From contig NEEC01000004.1 of assembly GCA_002189035.1 (NCBI GenBank), forward strand, positions 4,774,001-4,838,000: a stretch of DNA of 64,000 bases, written 5' to 3'. The position numbers and the translations under genes were made by a program. The stretch is from Utricularia gibba (Eukaryota > Plantae > Magnoliophyta). Below, piece after piece: positions 14,007 through 27,554 of the stretch (its first letter is position 1; each line of letters starts with the position of its first letter). The notes beneath the pieces were generated by a model that made no database searches, was not told the DNA's origin, and saw only the letters and a program-made list of their open reading frames with translations.

Positions 14007-16517
14007 TCATCTCTTCCACCCTGGTGGGAGAAAATTAAGATCAACAAAGGTGGATAAGTAAGGTATTTGCAGAAGAGATTGTGGGTTCTCAGTTCAAACC
14101 ATCTCTATTGGCAACGGTGGGTCTGTTAGTTTTGGGCGTTCCCTTGTTGCTCGGAGGCTGTGCTGCAGGGGATAATGAAGTAGATTTGCTGGGCGTTGGT
14201 AAGGAATGGCGACGAATGTGGCTGACTCCTTCCGCAACTTTGGGAGATCCTGAAGCTCTGAGCTTCGCTTTGGCTGACTGGGTGGCGGCCATGTAACTTG
14301 GCAAGTTGGGTGGGGTCGTCGGAGAAGGGCTTTCATTGAGCTCCGGCTTTGCTGCAGGAGATCTCCTGTCTGTGGGTTTCGGATCAACCTTGGCACTCAC
14401 CTCCTCCATCTCTTCATGTTTCAATTCGGTTCCGTTTTCTGCATCAACTGGAGGAAGGCCATTCTGTGTAGTTTCAAAAACCTCATCACTTGGAGGAGCA
14501 TCAAAACCATTCTCTGGGGTGACCGGATTCACGGTTTCTTGTGCATTGACTGCAGCTTCTTCAGGTTCGGAGACAGTTTTTACAGTTGGCTGTGGCTCCA
14601 GCTCCCCGGTAATTGCTTCCACCTTCTCAGGAGCTGTGGCAACAGATACAGGAACTTTTCTCAAGCTGCGTCTGACCTTTTCCGGTTCATGTTGAGGCTG
14701 TTTCTGAACCAAATCTTCCTGAATAGTGCCTTTCTTCAGATTCCTTTTTGCATCAGTTTCATGTGAAGAGGACACACCATTATCGCCATTTTGTGCATTT
14801 TCAGCCCTTCTAGATGTTCTTTTTGACTTTACTGTACCGTTCTCAACAGCCAGCTTTCTATGAGACTTGACATGGGAAGCCTTCCCCGGGTGCACGGGAA
14901 TCCAGACACGAGAATGCGACCAACGCTCGAGCCAGACTGAAACAGAATTCGGCTCGGCTTCGTTGTATTGAAGACTCATCGGGATAGGATTTGGCACTGA
15001 GCGTAGAAGCTAGAACAGGATGCAAGAGAGTGATGAGAATCTTGTTCAAATAAGAAATCTACGCATGACTAGTTCTGATGGAAGAAAGGAACCGAACCTT
15101 GAGAATGAATGAATTTGCTGCTATTTTGTCATATCTCACCACCTGCGCCACCAAAAAATGAAGCACAAAGAAGATGAATATGGACGAAACAGATACAGGG
15201 AAGATCAGTAAAATATGCAGTGAAGATGCAGGAATAAATGGTGAGCAATGAGTATATTCACAACGTTACGAAGATCAGTAAAACATGCAGAGAAGATGCA
15301 GGAAAAACGACGAGCAACGAGTAAATTCTCTACAATACTCAACTGCTATGTGCATGATTCAAGCTACAACTGCTGAGTTTCTAACAGAGTTTACATGTAA
15401 AATTGCGGCATTCAAGTACCTGAAGATCCCCTGCAATGCACTTCTGCAGCCTCTTTTCTGAAGGGTTGGAGATCCAAACATTCCATTCACGAACTGCAGC
15501 CTGTAACTTAACAATGGCTTGCATAGAAAACAAAGTAGCAACAGCCTGTCTCCTAACCAAATGTCCACGAATAAGAGCTTGCAGCCTTATTATTCCCTTA
15601 AGAGCCCGGAAAGCACGACGGGCCTGACAAAATGAAGTGGTAAGCTTTAAAAGGCATGAAATCAAGCATAAGGCATTGAAAGAACGCATAGTTAGAAAGT
15701 TTTTCTTCACACATAAGCTCAATATCATACACAACATGAGATAGTATTACCAGATAGCCCTTGAAGGCTGCTTGTGCTTTTGCAGCAGACTGGTTTTGTC
15801 TAAGAATCTCATCATCGCTCAGAGGAACAGAAACCACACACAATTCTTGACCTTGGTTACCACCAACTGAGGTAGCACTAGGAGCATCAGGTATGCCAGT
15901 CTCCTGTCTGACATATGTTGCTCCATTTTCTATCAACTCATGAGCGGCTGTTATATCATGAGAACCCGCAATATTATCCTGTGATGCTGTGCTTATAGAA
16001 ACCCTTTTTTCAGGGGTAACATTCTGCACATCACAAAGACTCTAGTTACTATGAAGTCTGGAAACTGCACGCAACGAGGTACTCATATGGCATTAAATTT
16101 TTGTTTACAAGAGGAAGCTCAACAGTAAGAGGCATACTGAGCTCTCCATCAAAAAAAAAAAAAAAAGAACTGGACCAGAAATAAAATCAAATGTCAAAGA
16201 TAACTCTACACTAAAAGGGACAGTTTTGATTCCCCACAAAATAAGAAACCATTAAATGACCTCACACATAAAATATCATATTTTCTTCAATAAAGGAAAC
16301 TGAGAAGTTCACAGTCATGACCGTTACAAAGAAATATCACCATGCTACTCAAATCGACCAAATCAAGTAAAAAAGAGATTTTTTTTTGCTCATTCAGAAG
16401 TGCATCGGCCCCATGCAAGGAAGTAATGCACAAGTTCCTTACTTTGGATGATCTGGATTTTGAATGCTTCTTTCCAAAAAGAACAGCCTTGATCCACCTT
16501 CCTGGCGATTTCCCCAT
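14007..16517 (-). CDS. IQ67-domain protein (IQD28-31 type), ~506 aa; exons 16517..16443, 16023..15751, 15623..15420, 15142..15098, 15009..14100, 14020..14007
   Basis: MGKSPGRWIKAVLFGKK; AAKAQAAFKGYL|ARRAFRALKGIIRLQALIRGHLVRRQA; WLERWS; LPSYMAATQSAKAKLR; terminal GWKR*. Spliced length is in frame. Confidence 0.88.
15201..15340. repeat. Two-copy 70-bp tandem duplication in an IQD intron
   Basis: AAGATCAGTAAAA(T/C)ATGCAG(T/A)GAAGATGCAGGAA at 15201 and 15271. Confidence 0.85.
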
Positions 16518-19500
16518 GGCGCAACGCTACAAGACACTAAACACTTTCCTTCGCCTTCAGAGAGGATGAAAAGGCGTTAACATCTAACACGCAAACCTCT
16601 GTGGACGAAAAGGGCCAATACCACAAAACATGTTTATACTGAATAATCAAAAAAGAATGTCAGAACAAGGTTGATTACAAAGCATTCACTCAACAGTATC
16701 TGCTGCTTAATCCATCAACGAAAGCAGGAAACCCCCAAAACCGCACACCAAAAGACTGACCAAGGAATCCAAAATACATGAAATATGACAGATTCAGCAT
16801 AATGCAGCTCAGATCTGGGGATCTTGTACCTCAAAAAAAAAATTCCCAACTCCAAGTTCCACAGATGGACAAACCCCAGAGATAAGCACACGAATTAAAA
16901 TAAGGACAACCCTGCATTCAGTATATTGACACAAACGCAAAAAAAATAAGGAACATCTCGCTTGAACGAAATAAATGCAGATACATTCAAAATGTTGGAA
17001 AGGAAAGCACAATAAGACCCCGAAGGCCCCTACCTTCCAACCTTCATGCAACAGCCACAACACTAAATTTCCATCGCTTTCTCTCCCATTCTCTTGCCAA
17101 GCATTCTCAGTTCTCCATGAAGGTGCCCCTATCTACATCCGCAGACGAAATGGAGCTCATACACGGCAACGGCGAGCAAAGAGCGCTTGCAGCTTCGGCC
17201 GTAGAGTCACTTTTAGTAAAGTTGTTCGAGTGTTGCGTCTAAAAGAAAAGGATGTACTCGACAACAATTGCGGTTGTTGGACACCAATACGACGCCGTCG
17301 GTGCCGCGTTTTTGTAATGAATTCCATGAATTTGTTAGCGATTTGTCTTTATTTTTTTCCCTATTTAAAATACTTCCAAAAGAAACTGCGTTTTTTTTTT
17401 CCAGCTGAAAATGTTTAGCACCAGGCGCAATAAATCATTAATTAATGATGATTAAATTCAGAATTTCTACTTATGGAAATTCATAAAGTCCACTATTTTG
17501 CTTATTTTGAATATAATTAATTTGCAATTATTGATAAAAAGCAAAAAAATGATGAATATAGCAGAAAAAAAAAAGAAGCATCAACAATAATTGAAATATT
17601 CTTAAAATCCTAGAAGAGAAAAATGAGAAATGGAATTTGATGAAATGAAATAAAGAAAAAAAGATACATTATTAGAAATAAGTTTAATTAGTATGTGAAT
17701 AAAAATCTATTGTTAGCACAATGTATTATCTTGTATTCAAGTATTATTTTTTACAATAAATGACTATTAATTTCTTATTACTATAATTAAAATATGTATG
17801 AAATATAATCTAAACTTTTGAGTAGTAGTTATTGGAAACTCTAACCGAGTTTGGAAACTAATTCTATTCTCATAAAATCAATTATATTCTCATAAAATTG
17901 TTTCTACATTTTAAATATATATAAAATTCAATTTTACAAACATTAATTGTTGAAAATCATTTCACTCCTCACAGGATCATGGAAGTATAATTTTTTTTAT
18001 GAGAAATTATTTTTAAAAATTGATGAAACATATGAATTTCTAATTATGTTCATTCTTTTATAAAGATTACACTTAATATACATTTTTTAAAAATTATTTA
18101 TTTATCACATTTGTAATAATATAATAAATTCACTAATTTATAATTTAATACATCTATAAATATAGTAATAATATAAAATATAATTCATAAATTTGTAAAA
18201 ATATGATTATTAATGAATATAGGTAGGTCTCGATCCAAGAAAGTATAGTATGATTTTACAATGTATCCCACATTGATTATTCACAAATAGAAGAAGAGTT
18301 TATGTAGATGAATCTTCTCATTAAATACATGATGTTTAGATGATTGAAACATATAATATCGTATAAATGACATGTAAGCGGTTACATGTAATTTACTTAT
18401 AAAAATTGTTTATAATTTTTTATTTCAAATATGTATCAGTTATATAATAATTATTTTTTAAAAAATACTTCCTAATACATATTAATTATCATTTTGATAA
18501 AATTACTTGTAAAATGATTTTTTTTTTTCAAATGTGTCTCCTCCGTTGCTTTTTTTTTTAATTTATTTGACGAAAATTGAATGGGTTAATTTTTTTTAAC
18601 CCTGTGAGGTGAAATTTGGTGTAGTATGATTGTCAATGATTCTCCAGCAATTGACATCCAACTGTCTTAGTAGTTGCGGATGGTTCTCATTCATTTGCGT
18701 GTGCGCCCACATGAAAGCGGAAGGAAAGCAACCCCGCACCCCCGATCTCATCCTAACACCATTTTCACCCCGCCTTGGTGCACCAACAACGTATATAACC
18801 ACGCTCTCAGACGAGCCAACATTCGACGCGAAAACGAACCTAGCACGCTGTTTAGTTCTCTTCATCCAAAATGACTTCTCACAAAAATGAATTTGGTATT
18901 GTTTTTTTATTTCAAAAATTGTAGAATAACTTCAATACAAATATTTTTTAGGTAATGCTTAATTATTAGGATTAAAAATGAGAGTATGTGGTTTTAAGTA
19001 AAGTATGAGGATGATGTAGTTTTAACTAAATTTATGTACATGAAATTAAAAAACTCATATAATCTCAAGTTTATTTCAATTTACGATCTAAATACCGTAT
19101 AATTTGTAATTCTACTTTTAAATTCATGTAATTCAATCATCTAAATATTATTTGATTAGATTAAGCTTTGTAAATGGAAGTCTTTTACTTTGTTACCACT
19201 CAAGATCTTCTGTTTGTATTTCATAATTTTCCAAAAACGAAGACATAATCACCTTAGTTATGGATGAGATGAGAGGAAGAGATTAAGTAGAATGATTGTA
19301 TAAATTTTGTATGAAATTTTTTTTCAATCATGATAATGGATTATTGATAAGAATTCTAAAATTAAATATATTTAACTTAGAATAATTTCAAAATGGTTGA
19401 TCATTTGGGAAGTTACTAATCAAAGATAACAAAAACGTAAAATCATAAAATTTAAATATTCAAAACCAATAATATCGTAGAATGTAAATGTAAACGTAAC

Positions 19501-21035
19501 ATTAGTTTTTTAAACAAATAATGGAATATATTATCATTATTTTTTAAAATATATATAATAATTTAAAAAAAACGCGCATCAATTTGGCGATTTGGGCATG
19601 CCAGCCGATTGACAGCGGATTTACGCGGCGTAATTAATACTAATGACGTAAAAGAACAAAAAAAGTAACTCCGTTTCACTTTTCCCGATTCCCACATCGC
19701 ACCCATGAGAAACTGAAATTGCACGGAACGCCCGTAGCTTTCGAAAATTGCGTTTCTGGAACAAGTTTCCAAATCATGACAGCGATAATGAAACAGAAAG
19801 CGAAGGCCAGCAGAGTAACAGAAGAAGTGCAGATGCAGAAGGAAGAGGCACTGAGGAGCTTGGCTGAGACGAGACGAGGCGAGGTGGGGACAGATGGTGT
19901 TAGAACGCCGCAGACTGGCGGTGCAATAACGCCGACGGACAAGGCGCCGAGAGGTCCCCCGTCAGGTGCAATCACTCCCACCCAACACACCTTCATTATC
20001 CCCATTCATTCATTCATTTCCATGCTCTGTTATCCTCCATACGCCCGAGATAATTGAAAGCAACTCTATGCGTTTCAATTGATTGCCGTCTTCATCCCAG
20101 CCCTAGGGCTGTCATGTCCGGTAACCGCCCCAACTCCGAACCTTCTGTTCCAAGCATTCGCAATTAAATAAAATAGTATAATTGCTTTTCTTGTTATTTT
20201 AAAGTGAATTGCAATTGATATTTTAGGCACGGGGTGTGGGGGAGCGACGGGGTGCGCGGGTGGTCGGCGGCAGTCGGCGGCGACCAGACCGTGATCGGAG
20301 AAAATGGGGATCAATTTTACCAAATTAGTTGGTTTTTAAACATTGGGGACCAAAAATAAATGAATTAAAAAAATTGGAGTTTAAATATATTCGATATGTT
20401 AAAAGTTGAGAAACTAAATATATTCATACGTCAAATTTTGAGGATTAATTATGACATTTTCGTTAAACATTGAAAATTAATTATAAAAATTTTAAAAACT
20501 TTAGGGATTTATGCGGCCTAATACTTGTTTTTTTTTTCTATGTTTAGTCAATCGTGCTTTTATGCAAAATTGAGTATTGGGCATGAATTTTTTAAAAAAA
20601 ACATAAAAATCGTGTTTTTATGTTGTAAAAGCATGTTATAAGTTTTTAATATTTAGGAATTACTAGTTTTATTTAAGTATCAAAATGCAATATTTATTAA
20701 AATTCTATGTTTTAATATGATAAATGGAACAAAACAAGGTGGATGGGACAGAGTGCTGATGGGCTGGGCTTATGGTTTGGTGATGAACGGGGGTCGTACG
20801 GAAAGCCCGAAATCTCATGTGCGGCCCTTGAGATTTTTGTTTAGGAATTTATTAAAATAATAAATAAAAATGAAACTCGTTGCCGGTGAGGGAAGAGTTT
20901 GGGACTGGTGCGATCCTCAACTTGTTTTCAGGTTCCTTTGTCCAGGTTTGGGATCAGGTATTTAGGGTTGTCTGAAGGGGAATTGGCCTCTTCCACTTAA
21001 TAGAGTTATCCTCAGATCTGTGGCATAGCGGCAGG

Positions 21036-23154
21036 ATGTATGGATTCGAAGCGATGACATTCAACATCCATGGGGGTTACCTCGAGGCAATCGTGCGAGG
21101 GTACCGCTCGGGTCTCCTAACCGCCGTGGATTACAACAATTTGTGCCAGTGCGAAACTCTGGATGACATCAAGATGCACCTCTCGGCCACTGAATATGGG
21201 CCCTATCTTCAAAATGGTATGCTTTGTATTGTTGGTTTGGTGATCGGGGAGATTTTAGTTTGTGGGTTTGATTGCGATCAGTTATGAGTTCAATATTGGT
21301 TTGATTTAGATTTTCAAGCTCGTTAGAGTTGATATGATCTTTCATTTGAATGCCTGATTATTCGATTTTATAATTAGTTCATATTGATTTTTGGATGTTT
21401 TCTTCTCCTTTATTGGGCCTCATTTAGGAGTGGTAGTTGTTTTTGAGATTCGTACCAGTTCGTCACACTTCTCTTTCTCCTTTGTGTTGTTGGTATTACT
21501 ACATTGTTTATCCATTTTCAGAGCCCTCCCCGTTGTATACAACAACAATTGTGGAGAAATGCACCCTTAAGCTAGTTGACGAATATAAGCACTTGTTGAC
21601 CCAAGCCACAGAACCTCTGTCTACATTTCTGGAGTACATCACGTACGGAAATATTCTATGCTCTCTTTTTCACAGAGTATTTTGCAGATAACTTTTAGCA
21701 AATTATTGTAAACAAACTCTTGGTATTCCCATAAATATTTATCACATTTTTTTGAATTCTGAATAGATACGGGCACATGATTGATAATGTTGTGCTGATT
21801 GTAACTGGAACTTTGCATGAGAGAGATGTTCAAGAACTGTTGGAGAAATGTCATCCTTTAGGCATGTTCGACAGGTAGTGAAACATAATATAACAGTTGC
21901 AGTCCGTAGATCTGGTCAGATAGTCTTATGTAACGTTCTGCTTGTGCAGCATTGCCTCTTTAGCAGTTGCTCAGAATATGAGGGAACTTTACAGGCTGGT
22001 GCTTGTTGACACTCCTCTGGCTCCATACTTCTCTGAGTGCATCACTACAGAGGTCCTTTGAGTTTTTAAAAAAAGAAAGACTTTGGGAGAGTGGGTTTTG
22101 TATACTCTTTTGCGCATTTTCTTCACAAAATGTTTCATCCAGGATTTGGATGATATGAACATTGAGATCATGCGAAATACACTATACAAGGCCTACCTTG
22201 AGGACTTCTATCGCTTTTGCCAAGTAATTAACTTATAACTTTAAAATATTATTGGGGATTTTTTCTCATTGTGTATTGCTCTTAAGTTGAGTTTTTTTTT
22301 TTTTTTTTTTTTTTTTATATATATTAGAAACTTGGTGGTGCAACTTCAGAGATTATGTCTGATATTCTGGCCTTTGAGGCTGACCGAAGAGCGGTCAATA
22401 TCACTATCAACAGGTGGCATTGCAGCCATACTTTTTCAATGTTGGTGGCTTTCTTTATTTCCGTCTCATTGAGATGCTTGTGATATTCAGCATTGGCACA
22501 GAGCTTACCCGTGATGATCGTAGAAAGCTGTATTCCAATTTTGGATTACTGTAAGTTTTTTTTTCCTGTAAGCTCGTTTCAACCTGATTTTATTTAAAAT
22601 CGCTTATAATTCTTTGGTTTCTGAATGCTGATATCTCTTTCTCTATCTTTTTAGTTATCCTTACGGTCATGAGGAACTGGCCGTATGTGAGGATATAGAT
22701 CAGGTACTTGATCTTCTCTTCCTTCACCTTGTGTTTTCTCCTCCCATGCATTCAATTCATGTCTCTTGCGTTCGCGAATTCAGTAGTTGTCTTTTCATGA
22801 TTTAAACTAGGTTCGTGGGGCCCTGGAGAAGTACCCTGCTTACCAATCCATATTCAGTAGGCTCTCATACGGAGAGAGCCAGTTACTTGACAAGGCCTTT
22901 TGCGAGGAGGAAGTGAAACGTCTCTGCCTTGCATTTGAGCAGCAGGTTCATCCATATTGATTCTAACTCCATTGCTGGGCACTATATGTTTAACCGGGCC
23001 TCTTGATGACTCATTGCTGCAGTTCCACTATGGCGTATTTTTCGCTTACATGAGGTTGAGAGAACAGGAGATCAGGAACTTGATGTGGATTTCTGAATGC
23101 GTTGCACAGAACCAGAAGTCCAGAGTGCAAGATAGCGTTGTTTTCATATTCTAG
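21036..23154 (+). CDS. VHA-d: V-type H+-ATPase subunit d, 351 aa, 10 exons
   Basis: [22 protein letters not shown]...SVVFIF*. Exons 21036-21216, 21522-21642, 21767-21874, 21950-22052, 22143-22223, 22328-22413, 22491-22550, 22655-22703, 22811-22945, 23023-23154 sum to 1056 nt. Confidence 0.96.
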
Positions 23155-23452
23155 CCGTGTGTTCTTCTGCCGGCATTTGATGATATACTGGGATTTGATG
23201 CCTTGTCTCCTTTATGGTGTTTCGACTGAGATGTGTTTATATGCCACTGTCTGCAGATAATGATTTATGAAATAAGAGAAAGTGCTTCTGAAGTGTTTGA
23301 TAGTGGTCATCGGGTGCGGATCCTTGCCCGGATCCGAATGTGTTGGTTCGGGAAGTTTGTCTTCCATTATATTATTTGAATTTGGTAAAATTATTCTGCA
23401 ATTCGCTACGCCCTGCCTGACTTGTACTCGAAGATACTTTTTCCTCTGTTCC

Positions 23453-24156
23453 ATGGGTTCCGTTTTGTCTTCTGTGTTCGGCGGAGGAGATGCGGCGGCG
23501 GCAGAGGAGGCGACGGAGTCATCGGGACCATCGCGTGTCTCCGCTTTCCACTCATCCCAGCGTTGGCAGATCCATTTCAATTCCTCTAAACAACTGAATA
23601 AACTGGTTCGCATCGTGCCTCGTACATCTTTAGCAGTTCGGATCGTGCCCGATCTGCGTAACTCTTTTTTGTTTGCTCTGTTTGTTGAATCGTTTGGGCG
23701 CGATTTCGTTATTTCTTGATCAGATGGTGGTAGATTTTTCTGCGACTTGGTGCGGACCTTGCAGGTTCATGGAGCCAATTTTCAATGACTTGTCCACCAG
23801 ATATGCCGATGTTGACTTTGTCAAAATCGACGTCGATGAGCTCTCTGTAAGTTTCTATCCTTCGCTTCCTTATCAATTTAGGCGGATCAGTAGTTGTTAG
23901 TGGTGCGATTTTCTATGATCAGATCATTTCATTCCATGCCATTTTTTAAGGCTTGTTGACCTTATTTCGTGTGCATCCGGCTTCGACATTTCTCGGATTG
24001 GCGCAGGATGTCGCAAGAGAGTTTGGAGTGCAGGCTATGCCAACTTTCTTGTTCCTTAAGCAAGGCAAGGAAGTGGATAGAGTGGTCGGTGGGAAGAAAG
24101 AGGAGCTGGAGAACAAGATCCTCAAACACAGGGAAGCTCCTAAATTTGCAGCCTAA
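23453..24156 (+). CDS. TRX-h: Thioredoxin h (TRX-h2 type), 141 aa; exons 23453..23605, 23724..23846, 24007..24156
   Basis: MGSVLSS N-terminal extension (Gly2), WCGPC active site, FVKIDVDEL, VQAMPTF. Confidence 0.93.
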
Positions 24157-24942
24157 ATTTCCCTTCAAAAAGCTCATCTAGATTTCTGGGCATCCTCACT
24201 TGTGTGGCACTAATTCATCGCATAACTTCAGTAACATTGTTGACACCATTTCGCAGTCGCATGTAGTTGTTGCACTAACATATCTAGAGACTGTATCTCC
24301 CCAGTGGATTTGATACGGTAGACCGCATTGGTTGGTAGCTTCTGCCCCACCGTCAATGCCGGTCTTAACCCACCGGCCTAATCTGTGGTGGTGGCTCTTC
24401 CTCCGTGTGCTAATGGACCTTTGACACCATGCAGAATCAGCCAAGTCCTAACCCATGTGGCCCCGCCCACTAACTCCCTTTGCTCTTCCTAATTTGGGGC
24501 TGTTTTGGACTTTAATTTGATCATCTCCTTAACCTCCATTACCATCTCATGTTCCCATCAGTCAACACTCTTTCTTTTTCTCCCATCTGGGTTATGATAG
24601 TGTTGCCATAGTCCTTGAATGATAGTGTACTAGGCTAGGCTGGATTAAGAAGGGCTCGGGTTTTTTTAATATAATTAATCATTTTAAATTAATCATCTAG
24701 TATTAGTGAAAAGGGACAAGATTAGTATGTTATGTCACGTGATTTTTACGTGCACGATATTGAATTCAAGTAGGTGGTAATCAAAGTTGGATTTTTTACG
24801 GTTTGGATTATTTTATTGGAATTTTTTAAGAATTATTGAGATAAAAAAGAGAAGGATGTCGACATGTCGTATCATGTGATGTGCGTGGAGAGAGAGAGGT
24901 TCATTTAATTGGAATTTTGGGTGTTCGCTTGAAGATGAGGAG

Positions 24943-26743
24943 ATGAAGAGAAAGCACTGGTATCTAAAACACTCCCCAACAATGGAGCGGCGGTGGATCT
25001 TTCCGGCGATCGCCGCCACCGTCGTCTCGCTTTTCATTCTCTTCTTGTTTACCTTGACATCCTGGCCGCTGGTTCCTCTCCGCCGCTTTTACTCACAATC
25101 CGCTGCGGCGTCGTATTTCGTCGAGAATAAGCTAAAACCCGTTATGGTTTCCAGTTCCCCTCCACCGCCGCGCTTCGCTTACTTGATTTCGGGTTCAGCG
25201 GGCGACGGCCCGATGCTTCGCCGCACGCTTGAAGCGCTTTACCATCCGAATAACCAGTACGTCGTGCACCTCGACGCGGAGTCTTCGGCGGAAGAGCGGC
25301 TCGATCTGTGGAATTACGTGGATACGCAAATGGTTTTTCAGAGATTCAAGAATGTTCGTATGATTTCCAAGGCTAATTTGGTGACCTATCGTGGTCCGAC
25401 AATGGTAGCCAATACACTGCACGCGGCTTCGATTTTGCTCAAGGAAGGTGGAGACTGGGACTGGTTTATTAATCTCAGTGCTTCTGATTACCCATTAGTT
25501 ACGCAAGACGGTACGAATTTCAATAATTGCTCCCCAGATTGAATTTGTAGTTGTCTTCTAGATGGTCTAGTTATGGGATTTGCCTTAATTTTTCTGCAAT
25601 TGCTCTCCTGTTTCCTCTGTCTTCCATAGATCTACTTCATGTGTTCTCAAACCTCCCACGGGATCTTAACTTTATTGACCATACAAGCAACATTGGCTGG
25701 AAAGAGTGAGTGATATAATCTTTGGGGCAAATTTCAACTGAAAAAAATTGATTTGGGAAGGATTAATTTTTGTGCATTTTTAGATTTCAAAGAGCAAAGC
25801 CAGTTATCGTTGATCCTGGGCTGTATATGACGAAGAAGGCTGATGTATTCTGGATTACTCAGCGGAGAAGTGTACCTACCGCATTTAAACTCTTCACAGG
25901 TACGTAAGTTGATTCTAGTTTTTATTTTTTATTACAGTTCATTTGACTGTTTCTTTTTCGTATTCTGATCATTGAGTATAGCCGGGATTAACTTGTAGAG
26001 TCTTCCTTTTTGGGTTTCCAACTGTTGAAGGAAGTTGATTCTGTTTACGTTTTTTCGTCTCCCCTTTATGTAATATGCTGTCTTCTTATGTGAAACCTTT
26101 GTTATCAAATGGGCATATGCATGACTTCTAGCATGAAAGATGAATCATAAAATGAACCAATTTCGATGATCCAACAACCGCCATTCTTTTTGCTGCGATT
26201 TATGAGTTCCTGTTTGCTGTGGTTACAGGTTCAGCCTGGATGGTACTGTCTCGGCCTTTTATCGATTACTGTATCTGGGGCTGGGACAATCTTCCGAGAA
26301 CTGTGCTCATGTACTACGCCAATTTTTTGTCATCACCTGAAGGCTATTTCCACACTGTAGTTTGCAATGCTAGGGAGTTCCAGAACACAACAGTTAACAG
26401 TGATCTACATTTCATCTCATGGGACAATCCTCCAAAGCAGCATCCTCACTACCTCAAACTCGAGGATATGCAAAGGATGGTTGAGAGTAATGCTCCGTTT
26501 GCAAGAAAGTTTCACCACAATGAACCAGTTTTAGATAAAATTGATCAAGAATTGCTGTTTCGGGGGCAAGGAATGTTGACCCCTGGTGGCTGGTGCATTG
26601 GAGGTAATGAAAATGGGACGGATCCATGTTCAGTTGCGGGAGATCACAGGTTACTCAAACCTACCGCTGGAGCGCACAGACTGGAAATTCTCATCAGCTC
26701 TTTGCTGTCAAGTGAGAACTTTGTGCCCCGGCAATGCAAGTAG
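24943..26743 (+). CDS. GT14 core-2/I-branching family (beta-glucuronosyltransferase GlcAT14-like), 424 aa; exons 24943..25510, 25630..25705, 25784..25899, 26229..26743
   Basis: RFAYLISGSAGDG, ALYHPNNQYVVHLD, WDWFINLSASDYPLVTQD, SSPEGYFHTVVCN, DLHFISWDNPPKQHP. Confidence 0.93.
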
Positions 26744-27554
26744 CAACTTTTTGACATATTCGGCATCTTTTGCAGCCCGAATCATTCATGGTACTAGGAC
26801 TTGTATTCATGATTAAAGTTCTCTTCCTCTAGTCATATAGCAAATGAGTTCGTTCGGGATGCTGCAGCAGCATCTGCGATCCATCTCAGGACAGGCCCCA
26901 TTTGATGCGCCTCATAGAGTCGTACCAAGCCTCACTGATTAGCACATGTCTACCGAAGAGGCAGCTGCTAGTTTGGAAAACTCCAGATATGAGGTACTTC
27001 CAATTCATTCCACACATTTTTGGCTTCGACTCCTGCCTGTTTAAGTTGTGCCGTTGGTTCTATGTAGTTGAAGCTAGCCTCTTCGAGTTCATCTCTATCC
27101 ATGTATGCCACAGCTCCATTTTATCAATAAACTGTTCGTTCATCCATATTCAAATCATGTTTAATTCTTCCTTCTCAATGCTCGAGTGAATTATTTAATT
27201 GAAAATCCTTCAGAAACCTGATGTAGGATATGCATATCTTTCCATCAGTCCCCTCCAGTTCAATGATGCCGTAGTTCTAACTCTACTAGGGTGCTCAAGT
27301 TTAGCTTCTACGGGAATTGTTTGCATCAGGTGGTCGTTTCTTCTACGTGCACTAACGGTGTGAATCTGAAACATCTAATTTCTTATCCTTCTCCATGGAA
27401 CCAGTCCAAGGGAAAGCAGTATTTGATTGACTTGACTGTTACATCAGCGACACACAACAAGGACTCAGAGACTTTAACAACAGTGAATGGAGAGATTAAC
27501 CAGAGAAAGACTGCTTATGTGACCCGGAAATAATCTGAAAACTTGACTTGAACT

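Noticed and set aside
18371-18388. Palindrome CATGTAA-GCGG-TTACATG as a Helitron 3' hairpin
   Set aside because: No CTRR terminus downstream and the stem is AT-rich.
19825-19860. Partial resemblance to miR408 and miR530
   Set aside because: Only 10-13 nt match and there is no supporting hairpin around it.
20330-20680. MITE/Mutator-like AT-rich fragments (also near 50-70, 7750-8350, 17800-18050, 29490-29730, 55020-55200)
   Set aside because: Paired TIRs and target-site duplications could not be fixed by eye; this needs a repeat library.
23294-23305. CTGAAGTGTTTG, the first 12 nt of miR395
   Set aside because: The match stops at 12 nt and no star arm is present.
26860-27190. Coding-like minus-strand fragment and GATGCTGC-A-GCAGCATC palindrome
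   Set aside because: Short, interrupted by stops and unrecognised; it probably lies in 3'UTR or intergenic DNA.
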